Below, piece by piece: positions 56,716 through 64,000 of a stretch of DNA of 64,000 bases; within the stretch, counting starts at the first letter, position 1, and every line of letters starts with the position of its first letter. The notes under the pieces are model-generated. The model did no database searches and was not told the DNA's origin. It saw nothing but the letters and a program-made list of their open reading frames with translations. Position numbers and translations under genes: made by a program. This DNA is from Dehalococcoidia bacterium (GTDB lineage Bacteria; Chloroflexota; Dehalococcoidia; Lucifugimonadales; UBA3495): assembly GCA_965220505.1 (NCBI GenBank), contig CBDCQE010000001.1, positions 1,411,692-1,475,691 on the forward strand, written 5' to 3'.

Positions 56716-57054
56716 TCAACTTGCCAGGGGGATCACGGCGGTGAGACTGGGAACGTCTCCGACCACGCGGGTGGTGTGGCCCTGGCCGGTGGTGTCTTCC
56801 ACCAGCCGCGCGTCTCCCGGGCCGTATCGGAACGTGGTCCCATCGCCGAGGCCGATCTCGATCTCGCCGCGAAGGGAGATGATGTACTGCCGGCGCGGCG
56901 CCGGGTGCCAGTCGATGAAGTGTCCCGGCGGCCATTCCCGAAAATTGATCGACTGAGCCGCCTGCGCGTCTCCCAATTCCGGATGGTCGGCGAGGCTGGT
57001 CTCTTCGATATGCGATTGGCCGTCATCGCCGGCATAAAGTCGATAGATCGCCAT
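56716..57054 (-). CDS. Cupin-like protein, tandem copy 1
   Basis: YAGDDGQSHI, WHPAPRRQY, GD.RLVEDTTGQGH; ATG 57054. Confidence 0.78.
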   Translation of the reverse strand: MAIYRLYAGDDGQSHIEETSLADHPELGDAQAAQSINFREWPPGHFIDWHPAPRRQYIISLRGEIEIGLGDGTTFRYGPGDARLVEDTTGQGHTTRVVGDVPSLTAVIPLAS

Positions 57055-57277
57055 GGGGTCACCTGCTGTAGCGGGCCGGCAAGCCCGGAGTGGGGTCATC
57101 TTACCCGTCGGCGGTTGCGGCGGCAACCGGCGGCAGGAGTCGCCTGTCCGCGGACGCCGCGCTCGCCCAAAACCGCGTTTGACAACTCATGCTGATCTTG
57201 TATCCGTGATATGCGCTCTGATAGTCTCAAGTGTGTACCAACAGTAGATATGCCGAACGTGAACCGGAGGATAGACA

Positions 57278-58099
57278 ATGCCGGACCCAACTGCGCCGGG
57301 CCCTGAATACACCATGGGGTACAGCCCTGAGTTTTTGCAACTGCTGGACCGACGCAACGCGGACACGCACGCCGCCTATCTACTGCCGCACCTGCGTTCC
57401 GGGATGCGCTTGTTGGACTTTGGCTGCGGGCCGGGCACACTAACCGTCGGGTTGGCGGCCGCGGTGCACCCTGGCGATGTCCATGGGATTGACATGGAAG
57501 AGAGCCAGATCGAAATGGCCCGCTCTGCCGCCGCCGCGGGCCAGCACGGCAACGCAACATTCCACGTCGGGAACGTGTACGAACTGCCCTTCGAGGACGA
57601 CTATTTCGACGTAGCGCACTGCCATGCCGTCCTGATGCACGTACCCGACACCGACGCGGCGCTGCGCGAGGTGAAAAGAGTGTTGAAACCGGGCGGCATC
57701 ATTGGCAGTCGGGAGATGATCGCCGGATCTTCGTTCTCCGATCCGGCCGGAGAACACATCCCGGAAGCCTGGGCTACGTTCGGCAGGCTGTTGATGGCCA
57801 ACGGCGGCCACCCTGAAATGGGCAAAGAGCTGAAACGCCGGCTCTTGGAGGCCGGTTTTGTCGACATCCGTGCGACCGGGTCGTTCGACTACTTCAGCTC
57901 CGCTGACGACGTTGCCTTCCTTTACGCTTTCATCATGGACTGGTTCTTCATGCCCCGCGTGATAGCGGCGGCCACTCAATACGGACTGGCCACGCACGAA
58001 CAGTTTGACCAGTGGCGCACCGAGCTGGACGAATGGCGAGAATCGGCAGGCGCGGTAGGGGGTCTGGCCTTTGGTGAAGCCATTGGCATCAAGCCCTGA
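57278..58099 (+). CDS. Class I SAM-dependent methyltransferase
   Basis: LLDFGCGPG, VHGIDM, LPFEDDYFDVAH, EVKRVLKPGG; GGAGG RBS. Confidence 0.88.
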   Translation: MPDPTAPGPEYTMGYSPEFLQLLDRRNADTHAAYLLPHLRSGMRLLDFGCGPGTLTVGLAAAVHPGDVHGIDMEESQIEMARSAAAAGQHGNATFHVGNVYELPFEDDYFDVAHCHAVLMHVPDTDAALREVKRVLKPGGIIGSREMIAGSSFSDPAGEHIPEAWATFGRLLMANGGHPEMGKELKRRLLEAGFVDIRATGSFDYFSSADDVAFLYAFIMDWFFMPRVIAAATQYGLATHEQFDQWRTELDEWRESAGAVGGLAFGEAIGIKP

Positions 58100-58144
58100 A
58101 GGGCGGGAATCTGGAGGACAAACGACCCGGACCGGTCACGGCGT

Positions 58145-58173
58145 TTGCTGGCATGAGCTATTGATGGTATTAT
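58145..58173 (+). promoter_or_regulatory. ssrA promoter
   Basis: TTGCTG-N17-TATTAT with extended TG. Confidence 0.6.
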
Positions 58174-58213
58174 CATTGCAAGCGTCGCCGCGCATGGTGA
58201 CGCCGTTTTGAAT

Positions 58214-58569
58214 GGGGACGCGTAGGTTCGACAGGAGCGGTTTCTGACGGATTGCAGGCCGAGGTTGCTGCTGCCCTCGTAAAAACAGTGGCGAAAAAGT
58301 AACTGGCGAACGTGAATTCGCTCTAGCCGCCTAATCGCGGCTACGTCTGCCACCAGTAGGCCCGGAAGCCGGGAAGCGGACGTACAATCATTCCGGGATG
58401 CTACCTCAGGGACGCCGATACCCGAGGCTATAGACTTTATCGGCTGGCGGTTGACGAATCCCGTCGGCGGGAGTCCTCAGCAGCGAGACTAAAGCGCCGA
58501 ACACGCTTGTAGCATATCCGATCAGGGAAGTTTCTGGACGGGGAGTGCGACTCTCCCCCGTCTCCACCA
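58214..58569 (+). ncRNA. ssrA: tmRNA; tag (A)GEREFALAA*
   Basis: 5' GGGGACG..GGTTCGAC pairs with 3' CGTCTCC-ACCA (G3:U70); tag ORF ggc gaa cgt gaa ttc gct cta gcc gcc taa. Confidence 0.95.
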
Positions 58570-58619
58570 ATTGATATGGTACGGACAACCTTCTCTCTGA
58601 AGGTGCCCCTCGTCAAAAA

Positions 58620-58654
58620 CTCGTGGTCTGACTAGACAGGCCACGGGTTTTTTT
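58620..58654 (+). terminator. Rho-independent terminator after ssrA
   Basis: cgtggtctg-actaga-caggccacg stem followed by a T7 tract. Confidence 0.8.
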
Positions 58655-58704
58655 GTGCAACCCGGAAACCGAACCTGCGCCACTACAAAGAGGATCAACG
58701 CCCC

Positions 58705-59202
58705 ATGACCAACGGAACGAAGCGCCCGTACGCATTCGAGTACCTTCTCACATGCCAGCAGTGTCAGAGCCCGATGCTGATCAAATTCGGACCACTGCCG
58801 GAAGACGACGTTTACCGCTGCTCAAGAGCGCTCACAGCACCCGAACGCACCTGCGCCGCCCCTGACATACGAGCCCGGCAATTCGAAAACTGGCTCATCC
58901 AGGACCTCGCTGAAGTCGTCCTCAGCCCTCGCAACATCAAACTCTTGAGCCACTACCTGTACCACACGGACGTAAAGCCAGAGGATCTAAAAGGATTCCC
59001 GGAGACGGCTTCCGACCCCCTCACCTTCACCACAGTCGATGCTGCGCCCGAAGCCCAACGGCTTTTTGCCAAGTGCATCGACGACATCGCCGTCAATGGA
59101 ACGGAAGCGACCATCCACTACTTGATTCCGCTGCCGCCAGATAGTCCGCTGCCAGGGGCTACGACCCAGATCATCGAACTGCCCGCCCGAGTCCTGCACT
59201 GA
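58705..59202 (+). CDS. Stand-alone large-serine-recombinase zinc-ribbon/C-terminal domain protein
   Basis: YLLTCQQCQSPM...YRC...C...IRARQFENWL and R.F..CIDDIAV...TIHY; no resolvase domain. Confidence 0.7.
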   Translation: MTNGTKRPYAFEYLLTCQQCQSPMLIKFGPLPEDDVYRCSRALTAPERTCAAPDIRARQFENWLIQDLAEVVLSPRNIKLLSHYLYHTDVKPEDLKGFPETASDPLTFTTVDAAPEAQRLFAKCIDDIAVNGTEATIHYLIPLPPDSPLPGATTQIIELPARVLH

Positions 59203-59226
59203 ATACAGTACCGCGCGGTCAAGAAA

Positions 59227-59250
59227 TTGGGGGCGCCTTTGCGCCCCCAA
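59227..59250. terminator. Perfect hairpin between convergent genes
   Basis: ttgggggcgc-cttt-gcgcccccaa. Confidence 0.65.
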
Positions 59251-59272
59251 AGCTTGTGGATACCCGATCCTC

Positions 59273-59524
59273 CTAACCAAATCGGTGTGGATCAGCCTTG
59301 TAGGCTGATATTACCAGCCTCGCAAAGTCCTTCATAACCTCCGACCAGGGACTGACGACCGGAGAACCCGGTGTTGCCGACTCCCGCAAAACCGGGTTAT
59401 CATCCCACTGTTCGGACGAGGGTCCCTCGCCCGACTCTTGCGGCGTCGCGTCGCTTGGTAGGCTTTCACGCGGCGCCTCTTCGTCTTCGTGACCGAACCC
59501 GCTTCGGTCTATGTTCTCTGCCAT
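59273..59524 (-). CDS. Small acidic hypothetical protein (83 aa)
   Basis: AGGAG RBS before ATG 59524; low-complexity D/E/S/P-rich sequence. Confidence 0.45.
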   Translation of the reverse strand: MAENIDRSGFGHEDEEAPRESLPSDATPQESGEGPSSEQWDDNPVLRESATPGSPVVSPWSEVMKDFARLVISAYKADPHRFG

Positions 59525-59614
59525 TTCCGCTTGCTCCTTCTTCGTAATCGTAAGGGACCAGTTCAATCTCTCTACGCCCAAATCAATAGAGACACAGGCG
59601 CTCCCACCTCCTTT

Positions 59615-60286
59615 TCAGATAAGCAGTCCATCCCGAAGCCTGGACTGCACTCGCTCAAATAACTCCTCCGGCACCAGAGGCGGCGTGAAGCCCGTGACGC
59701 GGACCCACTCTGCTGCCTGCGTTGGCACCTTGAACACTTCGCCGTCGGGCGTCCGCATTGTCCGAGTCTTACCGTAGTAATCCACGCCCAAGTACGAACG
59801 GTTCCGCAGCATGCTCAGTACCACGGCGTATCCCCACCTCATTCCGCGCTTCGACGGAATTGCCTGGTCGTTCAAACGCCGTGCGATCCGACTAACCGTC
59901 TCTCCCGCGTCGAACGTCTCGAAAACCCAGAGGACTACCTTGGCCTCGGCGGAGTTCACTACCCTGCGGCCCAACTCACGGTCGTAGTCGAAACCGTAAA
60001 TGCCGTGTCCGGTGCCCACGGGCATGGATCCCGATCTCGCCCGCGCCTCCTGCGCGAACCGCACCAGATCACCAGATGCAGACCGAACTCCCGAGTCTTC
60101 CGGCGGAAATCGAACACTCCCATCGGCAGCGCCGTTTTGCAAATCACCTCCTTTTCGCGTATCCTTAAAAGCGATCTCCCCGAGTTCCTGCTCGGTTGAT
60201 CCCGGTGCCGCGGACGAGGGCTCAATCTCCCGCGGCCCATTTCTTTTTGCGCGAGGCCACTCCCGGGGCCTTGCTCTGTCAGCCAT
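59615..60286 (-). CDS. Stand-alone 'Recombinase' DNA-binding domain of a large serine recombinase
   Basis: IYGFDY....EAKVV..VFE.F..G....RIARRLN...IP...W....V..ML.N..YLG...V.EELFERVQ; AGGAGG RBS; no catalytic Y.R.S domain. Confidence 0.78.
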   Translation of the reverse strand: MADRARPREWPRAKRNGPREIEPSSAAPGSTEQELGEIAFKDTRKGGDLQNGAADGSVRFPPEDSGVRSASGDLVRFAQEARARSGSMPVGTGHGIYGFDYDRELGRRVVNSAEAKVVLWVFETFDAGETVSRIARRLNDQAIPSKRGMRWGYAVVLSMLRNRSYLGVDYYGKTRTMRTPDGEVFKVPTQAAEWVRVTGFTPPLVPEELFERVQSRLRDGLLI

Positions 60287-60287
60287 A

Positions 60288-60953
60288 TCAGTCCTCCTGA
60301 TTCTCCTGCTCCCGCCGTCGAGACTCCCGCTCACGGGCGAGGCTCATGATCATTTCCCTGTCTGGTTGCAGATCGTCGCCCTGGTACACGAGCTGACCGC
60401 GATCACGCCGCCAGTCGTCGCCGTGCCTGACCAAGCCGCCCAGCGACCCGCGTATCGACTCGGCACTAGCTGCGTTCGTCTCCTCAGTACGGAAAATCGC
60501 CTCAGCGAGCGCCTGCTCACGGAGACTGAAACCGTAAACTCGCGCCGCCGCCAGAGCCCGCTCCCGACTATTCCGCTTGCCTGAAACCACACGGGCGTCG
60601 TAAATCGGCTCACCGGTTTCCTCGTCGACGTCAGGCTTGAACGCCCAGAAATCCTTACCGAGGATCGCGCTGACAACCGCGCCGGGCTCGAAAGCCGGCA
60701 AGTCAAAGGCAGTCATCCCGACTTGGCTATCCGCCAAAGGGAATGAGGCCTTCTCGGTCTCATCGCCCACCAAGCCCAAGGCATCCCGAAGCTGATGGAC
60801 GATCTCCAGATGGACCTCGACCCAATGCTTATCCTGAACTGCCCGACTCATCAGCATCTCTGCTTCCTGCTGATCCGCCTCTGCCTGCCGGAGCTTTTCC
60901 AGCAAACCAGACTCCAGCCGCCGAATGATCTCTATCACGACTCGGGACCCCAA
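60288..60953 (-). CDS. Hypothetical protein (N-terminal coiled coil, possible C-terminal HTH)
   Basis: 221-aa ORF whose stop lies 1 nt from the next start; no recognised family. Confidence 0.55.
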   Translation of the reverse strand: MGSRVVIEIIRRLESGLLEKLRQAEADQQEAEMLMSRAVQDKHWVEVHLEIVHQLRDALGLVGDETEKASFPLADSQVGMTAFDLPAFEPGAVVSAILGKDFWAFKPDVDEETGEPIYDARVVSGKRNSRERALAAARVYGFSLREQALAEAIFRTEETNAASAESIRGSLGGLVRHGDDWRRDRGQLVYQGDDLQPDREMIMSLARERESRRREQENQED

Positions 60954-61460
60954 AACATGGTGATTTACTCAACGCCTGCGATCTAATCTCCGGTGCAGAC
61001 GAGGAACTGTAGTGAAGACGCGTGACAGAGTAGCACTCAATTTCACTCAATACAACCCATAAATCGCAGAATTTGATAGCAATTTTGCAATGACACGCCC
61101 GATCCACCAAGCGCACGGCTGCTGCCGACAACTGTCAACCGACCCTAACGAGGCCCCTAAAAACGAGTAGATGCCAGCACAAAAGGAGTGCCGCGACTGC
61201 CGCTAAAAATAGCAGACATGTTGCGCCAGTCGACAATTTTTCAGCACGGCACCCCGCAAGAACTCCATACAAATAATGGCACCCGTCACAACGGTGCCCA
61301 TGATCTTCCGTGTACGCCACATGCTCCCCGCGTCCCAGCGAGGAAGAGCCATTTGCCAGCCTCAACGACGGCCAAGCAGGACTGAACGTTAACATTAGAC
61401 AGGGCCGCTGATCGGCTCGTCGGTTGACGCCAATCCAATAGATCCAAGGACAGCAATCCA

Positions 61461-62993
61461 ATGCCCGACATCACCTACACACTCGAGCCCATCGTGACGA
61501 AACCCATCAGTTCCCGCGCCCGAGCGGTAATCAAATCCGTGCGTAGGAACACACGATGCCCATACTTGGTCGACGCAAAACTCGGCAGTCCCGAGAAGGC
61601 TCCATTGCTGAGTGCAGAAACCGCGGCAATAGGCGACACGTCGCGGCGCACCATCGCTGACAAATGGAAGAAAGAAACGCAAAGACTTCGCGAAACCGAC
61701 ACCAAGCGCGGGGGGCCTCTTCAAACCATTGCCCAGCGTGCCAACGACCTCATCACCAGAGCCGGGATCCTGAATCGCAACAACCACCGCCCGCCAATCT
61801 ACTCTGAAACGACGATTGCAACGTTCATCAAAATGGGTGCTGCAACACCAAAGGAGTCGCCGCTCATCCGAGCAGCAGGGTACGTAGTTCCGCCACCCAT
61901 TTTCCCGGTCAACCACGACCTCGCAACAGTCGCGCCGGAAATCGCAGCCTACATGGCGCGAACGCACGAACCTCAAAGCATTGAGCAAATCGCACAATGC
62001 CTAGAACACCGACGCGAACTGCTCGCCAAATGGCCAGACCTCGACCTCGCAATCGCCATCCGACAACTGACAGGCATCCAGCCCGACGAGCAAGGGAACT
62101 ACCATCCAGAACAACCTTGGGGAAAGTTCCTCAGCGCGCAGCAACTGGTTATGCACACGGTATTCCGGATCTTCGCCCGCGAAGGCGCCCCATGCACTAT
62201 CGGATACCTGCTCAGAGAAACCGAGCGACTGATCGGCCAGTTTCTGCCCGAGGGATACAACACCCTCGTTGCTGTACGCGTGGCAGTCTCGAAATCCAAT
62301 GACATCACCTGGCAGGGCCCGCGCACCTTCGGCCTACGGAAATGGGGCACATCCGCAGAACCCCAGTACACAAGCAGCCGGCGGGGCAACACCGGCGACC
62401 TGATCCACGCATTCCTGCTCCGGCATGGTCCTACCGAGATCGAGGGCGTGATCGAACACATCCAGCAAACCTCTGGCGCCAAAAAGCGGACCATTCAGGA
62501 AGCCATCAACCATGACCGAGAGAACCGGTTCATCCGCATCTACGATCAAAAAGTGGCCATCAACCCCGTTCCTGATGTACACAACGGTACGTCTCCCTCG
62601 CTGATGGTGGTGCCAGACCAGCGGGAATGTAAGCCGGCGCCAGTCCTGCGGGAGTCGGAACTCGCGTGGCTCACGCGTTACGTGCAGGAGCTCGACGAGC
62701 TGACGCCGCCGCTACCATCCCAAGTGGCCATCACCGGAGCTCGCGCCGCCGGCTTCGCGCAGGTAGGCGACGCTCTGGAGATAACCGTCGTCGCCGAATC
62801 ATGCCACAAGTCAGACCTAGAGCCCAGGATAGCAGACACCGTAGCCGCGGCGACAAAATCAGTCCCGTGTGTGCAACCGAACATCAAGATCCAATCGTGC
62901 GAGCAGTGGGCCAAGGCGCAAGCTCGGAAAACGCCCATCGAATACCGCAGCGTTTGGCTGCCGCCCGACAGGACTCCATGGCAGGAATGCTAA
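61461..62993 (+). CDS. Multi-HTH protein with a C-terminal degenerate minimal-nucleotidyltransferase-like domain
   Basis: Repeated helical wHTH-like units (e.g. TGDLIHAFLLRHGPTEIEGVIEHI); C-terminal VAITGARAAG....DALEITVV resembles MNT GS.A.G....SD.D. Confidence 0.5.
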   Translation: MPDITYTLEPIVTKPISSRARAVIKSVRRNTRCPYLVDAKLGSPEKAPLLSAETAAIGDTSRRTIADKWKKETQRLRETDTKRGGPLQTIAQRANDLITRAGILNRNNHRPPIYSETTIATFIKMGAATPKESPLIRAAGYVVPPPIFPVNHDLATVAPEIAAYMARTHEPQSIEQIAQCLEHRRELLAKWPDLDLAIAIRQLTGIQPDEQGNYHPEQPWGKFLSAQQLVMHTVFRIFAREGAPCTIGYLLRETERLIGQFLPEGYNTLVAVRVAVSKSNDITWQGPRTFGLRKWGTSAEPQYTSSRRGNTGDLIHAFLLRHGPTEIEGVIEHIQQTSGAKKRTIQEAINHDRENRFIRIYDQKVAINPVPDVHNGTSPSLMVVPDQRECKPAPVLRESELAWLTRYVQELDELTPPLPSQVAITGARAAGFAQVGDALEITVVAESCHKSDLEPRIADTVAAATKSVPCVQPNIKIQSCEQWAKAQARKTPIEYRSVWLPPDRTPWQEC

Positions 62994-63105
62994 TGGAAGG
63001 TCACCAAACCGCCATCACAACTTCTGCCTGACGCCGTGGCGGTTGACCCGTCTTCTCACGACCCCATATCATCAAACGGCAACCCCATTCCAAAAGGTGG
63101 GCAAT

Positions 63106-63396
63106 ATGACCGCCAATCCCGAAACGCTGGAAAAAATCACCAGCGCCGTCAGGGCAGAGCTGCCCAAGTACCTGCCCGCGGAAGCCGCCATCTACGACGT
63201 ATTCGCGCAGAACCGCCCCGGACCCGACGACGAAGACTACGTTCACGTTCGCGTGATCCTCGAAGACGAAAACTCCGAACTTGACCCGCGAGAGCTCAAC
63301 CAGTTCAGCAGCGATATGCGCGACCTCTTAGAGCAGTCCGGCATTGACTACGATCCGAACATCACCTACGCAAACCGGAGCGAGCTCGGTTTGTGA
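63106..63396 (+). CDS. Small acidic nucleotidyltransferase-like protein (paralog of 42386-42703)
   Basis: GPDDEDYVHVRVIL...LDP matches DHDGDEYLDIYIVF...LDP. Confidence 0.55.
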   Translation: MTANPETLEKITSAVRAELPKYLPAEAAIYDVFAQNRPGPDDEDYVHVRVILEDENSELDPRELNQFSSDMRDLLEQSGIDYDPNITYANRSELGL

Positions 63397-63485
63397 CTAC
63401 CCCAAGTAACCCGACGCAGGCACCAATCAATTGGCGCATCCTCATTCAGGCGGGACGCGACCTACTAAATGTACGAAGAGTGTGA
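63393..63485 (+). pseudogene. Truncated HEPN-like gene (N-terminus only)
   Basis: GTGA-coupled start; INWRILIQAGRDLL resembles MNPEDLIRIARHLA of the HEPN at 41911; stops after 30 codons. Confidence 0.5.
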
Positions 63486-64000
63486 CCTAGGGCTCGGGCA
63501 CGCGAGGCTGATCGATCTGCAAAGTACGACCGTGCGCGTCTCGCCCGCCCGCTCTGTCGGCACGGGTTTTGAAGAAGATCTGTACTTCAATCCCAGCCAC
63601 TCGCTCAGCACCTATGCTGAAGCTGCACGGCGGAACGGCGCCATCACCGACGACCCTCGGTTGCTGGACGCTACCCAAGGCCCTCGCTAAACTGCGGCTC
63701 AATTATGAGCACGAAAAGGAAGCGTGGTCGTTCCCGACAAAAACAGGCCGCCACGCGCCCCAAACCAATGGACTCAATGGCTGACCGTCTGATTGACACC
63801 AGCCGGCAAAACTACAATCATCCAGCCAGATCAACGCTCGCCGTTATCACGCTGAACACTTTCACCTGCGGGGTCGTGGGATGCGCCATTGCCTGGGTAC
63901 TAACCGTTTGGATAAGCGAACCAGCCGATTTCACTTGGCAAAAGTACGTGATCATCGCGGGCGTTGCTGCGCTAATCCAAATCATCTTGGGGTTCGTCAA

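Larger units (their letters stand above)
58570..64000. mobile_element. Putative degraded genomic island downstream of ssrA (right end not in window)
   Basis: Serine-recombinase fragments, orphan ORFs, a truncated HEPN gene and visibly different composition by eye; no att repeat found. Confidence 0.55.

Noticed and set aside
59255-59263. TGTGGATAC DnaA-box-like 9-mer
   Set aside because: Single mismatched copy with no cluster
63531-63560. GTGCG as a possible group II intron 5' end
   Set aside because: No RT ORF or domain V/VI visible; the pentamer is common in GC-rich DNA
58570-64000. att direct repeat of the ssrA 3' end, or an intact integrase
   Set aside because: Neither found in the window; a terminator directly follows ssrA, so integration exactly at ssrA is unproven
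63818-64000. Partial minus-strand ORF at the window edge
   Set aside because: Too short and motif-free to call

Overview
High-GC bacterial chromosome segment, most likely Chloroflexota/Dehalococcoidia (SAR202-like) and plausibly host- or sponge-associated. This is inferred from the tmRNA tag (A)GEREFALAA, the LLM/F420-type/MmgE-PrpD/amidohydrolase-rich catabolic content, and FN3/Calx-beta/LRR and NHL eukaryote-like proteins. Core content: end of a cobalamin operon (cobQ-cobU-pduX); a minus-strand PHP-dinG operon followed by three tandem OGG1-type glycosylases and a PIN toxin; a ~2,250-aa surface protein with a poly-G tract at its 5' end; gcvPA/gcvPB; an orphan DNA methyltransferase, dnaA, an NHL protein, tRNA-Ala(CGC) and tRNA-Arg(CCT); a long run of catabolic genes and MFS transporters; three tandem cupins; tmRNA; and an island-like region after ssrA carrying separated large-serine-recombinase domains. 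The strongest candidates for undescribed biology are: (1) an OGG1-like glycosylase with an antitoxin-like C-terminal tail overlapping a PIN toxin, at the end of a DinG/triple-glycosylase operon; (2) three dispersed, self-promoted, translationally coupled 'small partner + retropepsin-like protease' cassettes with TA-like architecture, one broken by a nonsense codon; (3) a G14 slipped-strand switch that puts the giant adhesin out of frame; (4) catalytic-domain-less recombinase pieces and NTase/HEPN modules after ssrA. No CRISPR array, rRNA or intact transposase/integrase was seen. All family calls come from motif recognition by eye; no database search was run.
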